From a virus: a stretch of 64,000 nt of DNA. Made by a program: the position numbers and the translations under genes. Shown here one piece after another: positions 41,708 through 50,934 of this stretch; within the stretch, counting starts at the first letter, position 1; each line of letters begins with the position of its first letter. The stretch spans positions 51,126 to 115,125 of IMG/VR virus record IMGVR_UViG_3300009285_002342; one strand, 5' to 3'. The notes beneath the pieces are model-generated. The model was not told where the DNA came from, ran no database searches, and worked only from the letters and a program-made list of their open reading frames with translations.

Positions 41708-42451
41708 TTATTGGATTGCTAATGCCAAAACAGCGGTCATTTTACTATTTGTAGACCCGGTAGAATCAATTCTCCACCGATACCAAGTATGGACAGTACT
41801 TCCGTTCGTAGACTTAAATTGGGCACTTACCCTCGTAGACCATCCTACGGCGTCCATATTAATTGCCGTAGTTAGGGAACCAAAGCCGGATGAACTGGAA
41901 GTTTGAACCTTAGCTCGAATCGTATGGGTTCCACCGGAAGACGAAATTCCCCTTACGTGCATTATTCCGTAAAGCTTTTTCGTAGTTCCTTTTACGCCTA
42001 GATTTTGCGGTGTTGCGGAAAGGGCGGTGGAAAGTCCTGTGCCGGCTTGCGCTATTACGCCTCTTACAGCTTCGTCGTCTCCGTAACAGGCGAAGTTAAA
42101 GCGCATCATTTCCCCTATTCTACCGGCCGGCGAATATTCGGAAAGAACATCTTGCCCCGAATAGCAGATCGCACCTAGCGAAGAACCGTGCGCTACCGTA
42201 ATTACCGAAGCGGTAGAACCAAGTTTAGAGAAAATATGCGGATCGTTTTTTTGCGTAGTGGCAGCGTTATAAAAACCGCCGCCGGTGACTTGAAAATCCT
42301 TTAACCCGGCCATTCTACGTCTGCCCGAAGATCCGAAGACAGTTTTATCTAATACGTCTGCGGATTGAGTTACCGTCACTTCGTTCATATCTCCAGAAAG
42401 GTCCGCACCGCCGAAAAGGATTTTTGCGTTTTTTAAGGCAAATTCACCCAT
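41708..42451 (-). CDS. Tail-tube paralog with C-terminal S/T-rich domain
   Basis: LDKTVFGSSGRRRMAGLKDF. Confidence 0.65.
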   Translation of the reverse strand: MGEFALKNAKILFGGADLSGDMNEVTVTQSADVLDKTVFGSSGRRRMAGLKDFQVTGGGFYNAATTQKNDPHIFSKLGSTASVITVAHGSSLGAICYSGQDVLSEYSPAGRIGEMMRFNFACYGDDEAVRGVIAQAGTGLSTALSATPQNLGVKGTTKKLYGIMHVRGISSSGGTHTIRAKVQTSSSSGFGSLTTAINMDAVGWSTRVSAQFKSTNGSTVHTWYRWRIDSTGSTNSKMTAVLALAIQ

Positions 42452-42463
42452 TTTCTTTTTCCT

Positions 42464-43183
42464 TTACTGACTTAATCTTACGTTAGCATACCCTGCGGTA
42501 TAATTGCCTGTTTTTATTCCAATTCTATAATAAGTTCCGTCTTCTGGTTCAATTCCTACGGTTTCGGTATTCGTCGAGAAAGAAGAAACATCATTTTCGC
42601 TTCCGGTAGAACCAAATTTTCTTTGCACAGTAACACTTCCTTCCCAAGTGGTAGATACAGCAACAGAAGCGTTAAATAGATCGTAAAGTTTACCCCATCT
42701 TGTCCAAGAATCCCCTTCCGTACATCTAGCGGTTAACGACGTTCCTTCATATGCAATCGGCGTAGAAGATCTTATTAAAACCCCATCACCAATAATTTCC
42801 GCATTACTTATTGCTAAAGTCCCTATAGAACCAGAAATAGGAACGTATGAACGAAGTAAGAATTTACCGTAATATCTTGGATTCCCATCATTAACCTGAC
42901 TAGAGTTTAATTTAACCGAAAGCCAATTTGCCGTACTACCTAACATATTCCAAAGTGAAATATCGGGACCGCTTAATGCAAAAGATTGGTTTAATATAAG
43001 TTTAGAATTCCAATCTTTCAATCCTGAAATTCTTTTTCTTCCAAAACTACCGCAAGCAGTTTTATCTAAAGATTCTGAACGATAAGTTAACGTTATTTCT
43101 TTAACAAAATTTGAAATATTAGCAGGATGAACAGACGAACCTAATTTAATTTCTGCATTTTTTAAAGTGAATTTTCCACCCAT
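42464..43183 (-). CDS. Tail-tube paralog fused to a copy of the 47376-47663 domain
   Basis: LDKTACGSFGRKRISGLKDW; C-terminus matches the 95-aa ORF. Confidence 0.7.
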   Translation of the reverse strand: MGGKFTLKNAEIKLGSSVHPANISNFVKEITLTYRSESLDKTACGSFGRKRISGLKDWNSKLILNQSFALSGPDISLWNMLGSTANWLSVKLNSSQVNDGNPRYYGKFLLRSYVPISGSIGTLAISNAEIIGDGVLIRSSTPIAYEGTSLTARCTEGDSWTRWGKLYDLFNASVAVSTTWEGSVTVQRKFGSTGSENDVSSFSTNTETVGIEPEDGTYYRIGIKTGNYTAGYANVRLSQ

Positions 43184-43184
43184 A

Positions 43185-43592
43185 TTAACACGTAGTCCAA
43201 ACTATGAAATCTTGTGCGCGATGATAAGTTATTTTATCGGTTTCCGGATTAATATCGGGAACGTCATATTTACCGTCGAAAAATATCCTTTGTACTTTAA
43301 AATTGCTGCTTCCTAACGTTCCTGTTTTGTCTCTTAAAATTGTTTTTATTTGCGTAGAAACCGATACAACATTAGAATACGAAGTTGACCAAGAACTGAT
43401 TTGCATTCGAAACATTCGTATTTTCGGATCGGCAATCATCGTATGCACCGGGACTTCGCTTATTTCCTGATAAGTGATAAACGGTTTCCTAGCACCTTGC
43501 GGCGCTACTATCGGATAAATCCGATTACTGGTTAAAGCGGTAATAGCGGTAGTTGCTTTAATTTGCGAATATATAGCTTCGGATAGATCCAA
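43185..43592 (-). CDS. Tail terminator (DUF3168/gp17-like)
   Basis: RIYP.VAPQ....PFITYQ.IS, MQI..W. Confidence 0.8.
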   Translation of the reverse strand: MDLSEAIYSQIKATTAITALTSNRIYPIVAPQGARKPFITYQEISEVPVHTMIADPKIRMFRMQISSWSTSYSNVVSVSTQIKTILRDKTGTLGSSNFKVQRIFFDGKYDVPDINPETDKITYHRAQDFIVWTTC

Positions 43593-43598
43593 GGATTA

Positions 43599-43642
43599 CC
43601 TTCTACGCTTCGCAGAACCGTTTTTAAGACGTTTAAATTTCG
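43599..43642 (+). repeat. Half copy (E) of the dispersed element
   Basis: CCTTCTACGCTTCGCAGAACCGTTTTTAAGACGTTTAAATTTCG. Confidence 0.6.
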
Positions 43643-44205
43643 AAGGCATGCCTCCCCTTCCTATTCCATTTTTCTTCGACTAAAGTTACTACGGTGTCTT
43701 TAATTAATACTTCTATCATATTCCGATTACTATCTACAGTAGAACGGAAAAATGGTTGCGCAGGCATGGGCCCTATTCCGTATATTCCACCGCCTAAATT
43801 CTTAGCGGAATAAAATCTTCCGTTACTAAGCCAAACCCATCTTGCCCCTGGCGCTGTCTTCTTCGCTTTATCCGTAGCAATACGATAACCTTGCGTACCG
43901 AATTCTACCCAGTGCCAATGCGGTGCCTTTCTTCTATCTACCGCTACAAAAACCGAAGGGGAACCTTTTACCTTAGAACGAAATTTTTTAGCGACGATTG
44001 ATTTATTTAACTTGTTATCGTGCGCTAAACCACTATCAGGAGTATTACTGCGTATTTCGTCGCGTAGATATTTACCTATTAGGAGCAATGATTCTTCTGT
44101 TACTCTGTCGTCAGCGAAAGTCATTATTTCATGAAAAGCGGCTAAAACCTCGTCCAATCCTTGAATCGATACGTCTGCCCCGCCGCCCCTTAACGTAGTC
44201 GCCAT
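43633..44205 (-). CDS. HK97 gp10-like tail component
   Basis: IQGLDE, HWVEFGT, MPAQPFFR. Confidence 0.85.
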   Translation of the reverse strand: MATTLRGGGADVSIQGLDEVLAAFHEIMTFADDRVTEESLLLIGKYLRDEIRSNTPDSGLAHDNKLNKSIVAKKFRSKVKGSPSVFVAVDRRKAPHWHWVEFGTQGYRIATDKAKKTAPGARWVWLSNGRFYSAKNLGGGIYGIGPMPAQPFFRSTVDSNRNMIEVLIKDTVVTLVEEKWNRKGRHAFEI

Positions 44206-44538
44206 TTACGTACTTTCCGTAACGTAGATATCCAGCATTTTATTTCGTTCTTCTACGTTTATTGCATCTTTAATATTAAAATATCGCGTACCAAAACGGA
44301 TTCGCCACTTCGGCCCGATTTCCGCCCCGGTAGAACTTTTTCGATATCGAATTTGTACCCTATCTATCGTAACAGATTGAACCTGTTGATTTGCAAAATA
44401 TTCTTTTCCCCTAGTCCGGTAAATCGCTCCCATCGTATTAAAATCGGTAGTCCACGTAACTACTTCTTCACCGTAGGTATTAGCGGAAGTTCCGGGTTTT
44501 TGAAAAAACAACTTGTGTCTTAATTCGCCAGCTCTCAA
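44206..44538 (-). CDS. Head closure protein (SPP1 gp16-like)
   Basis: MRAGELRH, IRYR, WRI....YFNI. Confidence 0.85.
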   Translation of the reverse strand: MRAGELRHKLFFQKPGTSANTYGEEVVTWTTDFNTMGAIYRTRGKEYFANQQVQSVTIDRVQIRYRKSSTGAEIGPKWRIRFGTRYFNIKDAINVEERNKMLDIYVTEST

Positions 44539-45143
44539 AACGTTTTTATCCTATACGAAGAAAGAAGTCTTTTAGCCGGAGTGGGGATTGAGTTAATAGG
44601 TTGTCCTACTATGAAATTTTCCCTTTGCTCATAAAGATCGGAAACGATTAATTTTATCGCGTGTCTTATTAGCGCAGGTACGAATCTTCCACCCGAAGAA
44701 GCGCCGGAAGTCGGATAACCACAACGAAATTCTATAGAAATCGGGTTACTTTGCGCTAATGTATCGGTAGGCCAATCGTCGTTATAATCCAAAACTAATC
44801 TTCCCGGCTCGCTTACCGTATCGGAATCCCATTTCGTAGAAGAAAGAGTTTGAGTTGACTGCGTACTATTTGTGTATCTTAAACCGGTAGACGGAATAGA
44901 CCTTAAGGGCGGATAAGGTATTTCAAAAGATTCGCCTGAAGGAAATTCATCGAAATAAACTTTCCATCTTTGGTACATTAACTTACGGTTTGTATAATTT
45001 TCAACTTCTTGCCGTGCCGCAGTAATTAGCGAATTAATGTAACTATCGTCATCCGTAAAACTTGTAGAAACACGGAGATGTCTTTTAGCATCGCTTAAAA
45101 GAATTGGTTCGGCAGTTGCGCTAGTTACTATCGCTGTCTTCAT
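44535..45143 (-). CDS. Head-tail connector (HK97 gp6 / phiE125 gp8-like)
   Basis: EPI.L.DAK.HLRV, DD.YI..LI.AAR..VE.YT.R, AIKLIV..LYEQRE. Confidence 0.88.
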   Translation of the reverse strand: MKTAIVTSATAEPILLSDAKRHLRVSTSFTDDDSYINSLITAARQEVENYTNRKLMYQRWKVYFDEFPSGESFEIPYPPLRSIPSTGLRYTNSTQSTQTLSSTKWDSDTVSEPGRLVLDYNDDWPTDTLAQSNPISIEFRCGYPTSGASSGGRFVPALIRHAIKLIVSDLYEQRENFIVGQPINSIPTPAKRLLSSYRIKTF

Positions 45144-45237
45144 CTAATTCTCTCAAAACTTTGCTTTTCTAGTTAGAAGTTTTTTAAAATTGGTTTATTT
45201 ACTAATAACTAATGGTAAATAAGTAATGCTTATCCAG

Positions 45238-45263
45238 GGTCCGTATTCCAATCAATACGGACC
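45238..45263 (-). terminator. Hairpin downstream of the fibre module
   Basis: GGTCCGTATT-N6-AATACGGACC. Confidence 0.45.
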
Positions 45264-45517
45264 TATTTTATTTCCGGTTCTGTGGTGACTATGATCGGTC
45301 CTGAAGCATTTAAAATGACGCTGGCATTCTCAACCCCGGTCATCGCCTCCAAAATCGATTCATTTGTAGGCTTTTCAGCCTCAACATACTCGTATGCGTA
45401 TGCGGTCCTTGTGCCCAAGTCTGTCTCGACCTGGATTTCCCGGACATTGAACCGGAACTGAATTTTTCCCCGCGATTCTACAAATTTTGTCGGAACTTGA
45501 TCGCATTGCCCCTGCAT
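45263..45517 (-). CDS. Small protein following the fibre (chaperone-like)
   Basis: AGGAGG SD; same composition as the fibre module. Confidence 0.5.
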   Translation of the reverse strand: MQGQCDQVPTKFVESRGKIQFRFNVREIQVETDLGTRTAYAYEYVEAEKPTNESILEAMTGVENASVILNASGPIIVTTEPEIK

Positions 45518-45538
45518 CAGCCACCTCCTATTCCTGCT

Positions 45539-47266
45539 TTAGTATGCCAGCCGACCGCCGATAATCCGAAACGCATAGCCCGACGCGTTATACGCATTCA
45601 CGTAGAACGCCCCAGCGTTCCCACCGTCATCCGCATAACTGCCCACGAGCACCACCCGCCAGCCCGAGGCCTGCCAGTAGTAATCTGTGATTTTTGTGGA
45701 TGACGAGGCACCAACGCTCGCTGGCAAAAATCCACGACTGATCTGTTGCAGGGCATTCTGCCAGCCATCCGATGCCGTCAAAGTAATCCCAAGCGCTGTA
45801 TAATTGGTGCTCGTATCATCGGCATAATTTGCCGAATTATTGGTTACATATGGTACGTTGGCATTGACGTTAATCCCGTCGCACCACTTCCAAGTATGCC
45901 CCCACCAATTCTCGATCCCACGATAGGATAGATATTTGGTGGTCTCTGTCGCAGCCGAGGTCGATCCGGCATTGTTTCCGGTCGCGCTTCCAGCCGCATT
46001 GGAATTGCCGGTTTTCGCGATTGGATTGTAGTCGTTATAAACGTCCCACCCAGAGACATTGGTTATCCCTGCGCCGATTACCGACTGGCTGTAAAAGGAT
46101 GCATATTCGACCAAATAAAGAATTTGAATCGCCGAATGCAGGTCGTAATCAAGCTGCCTCCACCCACTCCCCCGATTTGCGGCCACGGCACGAAACTGCG
46201 CTCTCGTACCGTATGTGATCGGAGCCTTACCGGAAATCGAGCAGAGCTTGTCCCCGCTGGTGGCCGTCCAATCTTTTTGAGTTTGGACAACCGTACTTGC
46301 AGCCGTCTCGTCGGCAATGGCTTCTGTGGTTGTGATTTTTGTATCTGAAACGATGGAAGCGACTGTAAAGGTAGCGTTATTACTCGCTGTTCCGGAAATG
46401 GTGATTTTATCTCCGGCCACGAGATTAGCGAACGGGGCAGTCCTGGCATTAGCAGTAATGCTCGAATCGGCATTGGCAAACGTGCAGGAAAACGCGGTCT
46501 GATAAATTCCATTGGCATAAATAGAGGCGCTTACATCGTAAAGCGTCCCCTCATAAGCTCCGATATACCGATTATCTACCCATGCCCCGTTTTTAAAAAA
46601 CGCTGGATGGGGCTGCATACCTGGCTGCGGACGTAGCGAAATCAGCCACGTGTGGACCGGGGCAGCGTAAGAGTATGAATAATAAAATTTTGGGGTCTCG
46701 ACCATCACCTGACCATCGGCACCAGTCAACACAGCAGTCGAGCCGTCCCACTTTTTCGTGGAATCCGTAGGCAGCAAGTAATATTGGAGAAGCCCTGCAT
46801 CGCTTAAAACAGCACGCTGCATTCGGCGCTGAACCGGGAGCAGATTATTCCCTGGCGAAACATTGTTTGCTATCCCGGCCAGCGAACCCAGCCGGGTATA
46901 ACTGTCGGTCGTCTCGTTCCACGACACCCCATAAATTGCATCATCGAGAGATGCAGCCAGACCCGCAGGAGTAACGATCCTGGAGGTGTCGGTCTTTGCC
47001 GCAGCTTCTGCCAGTGTTGCAAGCTCGGCAACACCCGTTGCACTTTCGGTTGCGGCTTGTTTAAGCGCTGTAAAAGCATCGGCGGCAGATTTGCTTTCTA
47101 ATTTTTTATTGACATCTGTAAAAACTGGAAGGGATGCCGTTAACGCCGTGTCTGTGAGGCCGACTACTGAGGCCGTATTCCCTATGGTTACGGCCCTATC
47201 TGTCACTAAATTTCCTGCTACTAAACGCCAAAAACTAGCGAAAGGACCGCCTCTAAAAATCCCCAT
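45539..47266 (-). CDS. Fibre/receptor-binding protein with Mtd-like C-terminal DGR variable region
   Basis: GQVMVE.PKFYY, HPAF, YIGAYE, YRGIENWWG..WKW.DG, C-terminal G...NAG.F.....S......IGGRL. Confidence 0.8.
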   Translation of the reverse strand: MGIFRGGPFASFWRLVAGNLVTDRAVTIGNTASVVGLTDTALTASLPVFTDVNKKLESKSAADAFTALKQAATESATGVAELATLAEAAAKTDTSRIVTPAGLAASLDDAIYGVSWNETTDSYTRLGSLAGIANNVSPGNNLLPVQRRMQRAVLSDAGLLQYYLLPTDSTKKWDGSTAVLTGADGQVMVETPKFYYSYSYAAPVHTWLISLRPQPGMQPHPAFFKNGAWVDNRYIGAYEGTLYDVSASIYANGIYQTAFSCTFANADSSITANARTAPFANLVAGDKITISGTASNNATFTVASIVSDTKITTTEAIADETAASTVVQTQKDWTATSGDKLCSISGKAPITYGTRAQFRAVAANRGSGWRQLDYDLHSAIQILYLVEYASFYSQSVIGAGITNVSGWDVYNDYNPIAKTGNSNAAGSATGNNAGSTSAATETTKYLSYRGIENWWGHTWKWCDGINVNANVPYVTNNSANYADDTSTNYTALGITLTASDGWQNALQQISRGFLPASVGASSSTKITDYYWQASGWRVVLVGSYADDGGNAGAFYVNAYNASGYAFRIIGGRLAY

Positions 47267-47375
47267 TTTTAACTCCTATCTAGTAAAATTGCCGATCCCC
47301 AAAAATACCTGGCGAAAGGAGGTTGAAATTCCAGGAAATTCGGAAACCGGCAATCTGTTTGCCTAAGTTCCGTCA

Positions 47376-47663
47376 TTATTGACTAAGGCGAATAGTAGCG
47401 GTCCCCGCCGTGTAACCACCGGTCTTAACTCCTGCTCTGTAATAAACATCGTCTTCCGGTTCAATACCCACATCTTCTTCAGCGGTCGAATACGAAATAA
47501 CGTCTTTCTCTGTACCGGTAGAACCGAATTTACGTTGTACCGTAATGGTTCCTATCCAAGTAGTAGATACGGCCACGGAAAGATTAAAGTTATTCCGGAT
47601 TAAACCCCAATCGGTCCAAGTATTTTGAGCTGTACTTAATTTGGTTAAAACCTGAATCGACAT
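47376..47663 (-). CDS. Small S/T-rich virion protein
   Basis: Paralog of the C-terminal domain of 42464-43183. Confidence 0.6.
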   Translation of the reverse strand: MSIQVLTKLSTAQNTWTDWGLIRNNFNLSVAVSTTWIGTITVQRKFGSTGTEKDVISYSTAEEDVGIEPEDDVYYRAGVKTGGYTAGTATIRLSQ

Positions 47664-47665
47664 TA

Positions 47666-48628
47666 TTATTTCCCTTTACAAGACGTTATACGGTAATCGT
47701 GATTCCCTTGACAATACGGACAACGGGTAATCCGGTTTTCCCTAGAAACTAATTCCCTCCCACTTTGTTCCCAGGTCTTCATGATATAGGCCATATTATC
47801 TCTAGCGCCTAAAAGTTGATTCTTAACGTCCCGGTTTTCCGATTCCGCTTGTGCGTGCATTTGTAAAGACCGAGTAAGTTCATTTTGCCGAGCGATACAT
47901 TTAGCCCGGAAAGGTGCGGAATCATCGTAGGGATAAATCCAAAGGGTTTTCAAAAGATCGGATTTCTCCGGAATTACGATTCGATTCTTATCCCCGGTAG
48001 CCCCACAAGCCCAACCTAGGAAGAATTCGACTGAAGGTCGTTCAAACTGGTATTCCGAATCCTGTGCCATATCCACTCCGAAGAGATAGATTTTCTCAAA
48101 ACCCTCGTAGACAGCCAATGCTATTTCCCAAGAAATGCTATTTGTCCAGTAATTTCCGAAAACAGACATTAACATTTCTTTCGGAAATCGTACCGAACAA
48201 GGCACATCCGCGTTTTCTTCCTGCATATAAATCGGGAAATCTTTTTGCTTCGTAAGCCATTCGTGGTGCGAGTGGTCCCGACCTACGGTTTGATCATACG
48301 AAGTGCGGTGATGAATTTGGAACCATCGGGTCGTCTTAGGCGTAATGTCCGGAAAGGCCATATAAAGCTGGTTCAAAGACCAGATTTCCAAATCCGGATC
48401 GTCAAACATCGTCCTTACATCTTCCATAGATGAAGGCGCAAATCCTACGATAGCTACTTTGTTTCGGGTACGAGGAGCTTGAGTGCCGGTAATATATCCT
48501 AAAGGTGCGTTTACGTCCCTAGGCCCGTAACCAAGATAACGGATTTGATCCAAATTTACAGCGATTTTTTCGCCTTCGGCAGTCGCGCAATTTACAATCG
48601 GGCCGGGATCTTCCTTAATCTGTTCCAT
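47666..48628 (-). CDS. Maf/GT29(CstII)-like glycosyltransferase-fold protein
   Basis: KVAIVGFAPS, IWSLN, NS...IALAVYEGFEKIYLFGVDM motif order. Confidence 0.55.
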   Translation of the reverse strand: MEQIKEDPGPIVNCATAEGEKIAVNLDQIRYLGYGPRDVNAPLGYITGTQAPRTRNKVAIVGFAPSSMEDVRTMFDDPDLEIWSLNQLYMAFPDITPKTTRWFQIHHRTSYDQTVGRDHSHHEWLTKQKDFPIYMQEENADVPCSVRFPKEMLMSVFGNYWTNSISWEIALAVYEGFEKIYLFGVDMAQDSEYQFERPSVEFFLGWACGATGDKNRIVIPEKSDLLKTLWIYPYDDSAPFRAKCIARQNELTRSLQMHAQAESENRDVKNQLLGARDNMAYIMKTWEQSGRELVSRENRITRCPYCQGNHDYRITSCKGK

Positions 48629-48676
48629 CGTTAATGTTCCTCCTTTTCTGTTTTTTCCTTGTCGGGGAAATTGAAA

Positions 48677-49258
48677 CTAGGTGCAAGCCGTAGTCAAAGA
48701 GACATAGGCAGTTGATCGGCAATTGAAATGCCAACGCTTAGTCGAATGCCCGATCAATTCTATAAACGCTCCCATCTTAGCTTGCTTAGATGTAGGAGCA
48801 ATAAGCAAACTATAGGTTTTTGTCGCGGTAGTACCGAAAATTGGTGCGGTAGCCACGGCCGAAGCGCCACGAACAGTTTGCACCAAAGTCGTGTACGTAA
48901 CGATAGTTTTTCGAATACCGGCCATCGGTAGTGCGCTAATCGTAATCTTATTAGCCGCAGCAACTGCCGTCGAAAACACAGAAATTCCAGTTCTGGTCAT
49001 AGACAAGGCACCGGACGATTGCGCAACAACTGCGTCTTTTACCAGCCCGCCAGAATTAATGTTAATAGAAGCCCCAGATTCTACGTTTACCGTAGAGCCG
49101 GATTTAAGTTCCATTTCTCCGCCACTTTGGATCTTTTGAACAGCTCCACCTTGGACGTTAAGCGTACATCCACTAGTAAAGCTCATCACCTGACCCGAAG
49201 AGGAAGGTTGCTCCCTAGAAATAATCGATCTTGCGTATCCCGTACTCGTAGAAGCCAT
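48677..49258 (-). CDS. S/T-rich head fibre/decoration protein
   Basis: SGG/SGA repeats; follows the capsid genes. Confidence 0.55.
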   Translation of the reverse strand: MASTSTGYARSIISREQPSSSGQVMSFTSGCTLNVQGGAVQKIQSGGEMELKSGSTVNVESGASININSGGLVKDAVVAQSSGALSMTRTGISVFSTAVAAANKITISALPMAGIRKTIVTYTTLVQTVRGASAVATAPIFGTTATKTYSLLIAPTSKQAKMGAFIELIGHSTKRWHFNCRSTAYVSLTTACT

Positions 49259-49274
49259 ATTAATCCTCCGTTAG

Positions 49275-49300
49275 AAGGGGAAGGACTTTACCTTCCCCTT
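49275..49300 (-). terminator. Hairpin after the capsid operon
   Basis: AAGGGGAAGG-N6-CCTTCCCCTT. Confidence 0.5.
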
Positions 49301-49320
49301 TTCTTAGGTCGAAAGTGAAA

Positions 49321-49827
49321 TTAACCCGTAGTCTTCGTAGTAGCGGCCGGGGAAATTGCTATAACCTGATTTGCGATCCTATCGGATTGCCACAACGTAG
49401 AACCGGCGCGAGTCGAAGCCTTCCACATATTCGAACTACCGGGTTTACGACTGTTATACTGGATAGCCAGCATACAGCTAATTTCCCCAGTACAACTTCC
49501 TACAACCATCGGGCGCATAAACCGAACCGTAGAAAGTGGGCGAACCATATCAATAGCCATTACCTTACGGGTAAGACTTCCGGTAGTCCAAGGCCCGGTA
49601 GAAGAAGTCCCAGCCAACTTCTTAAAAGTCCCACCAGTAGCCGAAGCCCCTTGAATAACGGTGTATACCGTAGTTCCGCCGGCATTCGAAGACCCTACGA
49701 CGATAAACAGAGTCCCTTCGAAACCAGCAGTGTCGATAGCCCGGCCGGTTTGGAAGGAGCTGGCCTTTAGACCGCTCTTCTCCCCGGACACTCGGACAAC
49801 CCTTACGTTCGTGAGCATGTTGTTCAT
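49321..49827 (-). CDS. Capsid decoration protein (putative)
   Basis: G.AIDTAGFEG.LF.V pattern typical of post-MCP genes. Confidence 0.6.
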   Translation of the reverse strand: MNNMLTNVRVVRVSGEKSGLKASSFQTGRAIDTAGFEGTLFIVVGSSNAGGTTVYTVIQGASATGGTFKKLAGTSSTGPWTTGSLTRKVMAIDMVRPLSTVRFMRPMVVGSCTGEISCMLAIQYNSRKPGSSNMWKASTRAGSTLWQSDRIANQVIAISPAATTKTTG

Positions 49828-50921
49828 ACTATTTTCTCCTTCTGCAAACGTTTATGTGAAACTTCAAGTTCCCTTATTCGTTCAAATTTAAATTCAGGGT
49901 AAAACTCCTGAATTTCCTTCTGTCTCATTGCGTCTTTCTCTGACAATTTGCCGTTAATATAATGATGCTCTTCATCCCATTCCATAATTAGTTTTAATTT
50001 CGGATTGAAATAATCAACCCAATATCCTAATTCTGGAATATGATATTCCCCACCATTAGTAGCATATTGCCCTTTAGTTTGATATTCTTTATCGAATTCA
50101 GCAAACCATTCGCAAGATTTAAGATTAAAAGAAGGAAACGGAGGAGCTTTTAAACCGAGTTGTCTTTGAACCCGATCTATAGCTTTAAGTCTTAAAACTC
50201 TTTTCGTTTCCTGTTTGTGTTTTTGACCGTACCAAGGATGTTTTTCTCCCGTCCTTTGCTGTGACCATTTTCTTTTTTGTTCATCGCTTGCTGTTTTACC
50301 GTACCATGGATTATTAGAACCTTTCATAACGCCAGATTTACTCATCCATTCATTATGGCATTTTTTATCGCAAAAATTATAGTTCGAAATACTACAAGGG
50401 GGTTTTAGAAAAGTCATTCCGCAATTATCACAAAAAACCTCAACCTTTTTCCATTGATATGCGTCAACTCCCCTTTTTCGATTAGTTTCTCTTTTTACGG
50501 CCTGTTCTGGCGTAATTTTGAAACCTAATAATTTTGCTCTAATTTTTCCCTTAACCTCTTCGGACAACTTTTTGCCATAACGATAATGATTTTCTCCTGC
50601 CGATATTCCGGTTTCTTTTCTCCATTCGTACCAACAGGACCTAGAACAAAATTTACGATCTTCCAATTTATTTTCTGGAATTTGGTAAATTTTTCCGCAT
50701 TTTTTGCAACTTTGATCTACTTTTTTGATATATAAAGCATTCTTTTCGCCCTTCAGAGTTTTCTTAAACTCTGAATAACAACGATGATTGCAAAAATTAC
50801 GGTCCCTAACTTCGCTAGGATATTTTTTCAGATCCTGTCCGCAGCTATGACATTTAACCGTTAATTTCTTATTAGAAGAAAGTTTACGGTTATTTGTATT
50901 ATTTAGATGTTTGAAAAACAT
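49824..50921 (-). CDS. Free-standing homing-endonuclease-like protein (Zn fingers, NUMOD3, PD-(D/E)xK Vsr-like)
   Basis: Repeated CxxC..FC..C, HPWYGQKH, C-terminal YWVDYF....IMEWDEEHH...D..RQ..I. Confidence 0.75.
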   Translation of the reverse strand: MFFKHLNNTNNRKLSSNKKLTVKCHSCGQDLKKYPSEVRDRNFCNHRCYSEFKKTLKGEKNALYIKKVDQSCKKCGKIYQIPENKLEDRKFCSRSCWYEWRKETGISAGENHYRYGKKLSEEVKGKIRAKLLGFKITPEQAVKRETNRKRGVDAYQWKKVEVFCDNCGMTFLKPPCSISNYNFCDKKCHNEWMSKSGVMKGSNNPWYGKTASDEQKRKWSQQRTGEKHPWYGQKHKQETKRVLRLKAIDRVQRQLGLKAPPFPSFNLKSCEWFAEFDKEYQTKGQYATNGGEYHIPELGYWVDYFNPKLKLIMEWDEEHHYINGKLSEKDAMRQKEIQEFYPEFKFERIRELEVSHKRLQKEKIV

Positions 50922-50934
50922 CCTTGGCTCCTAG

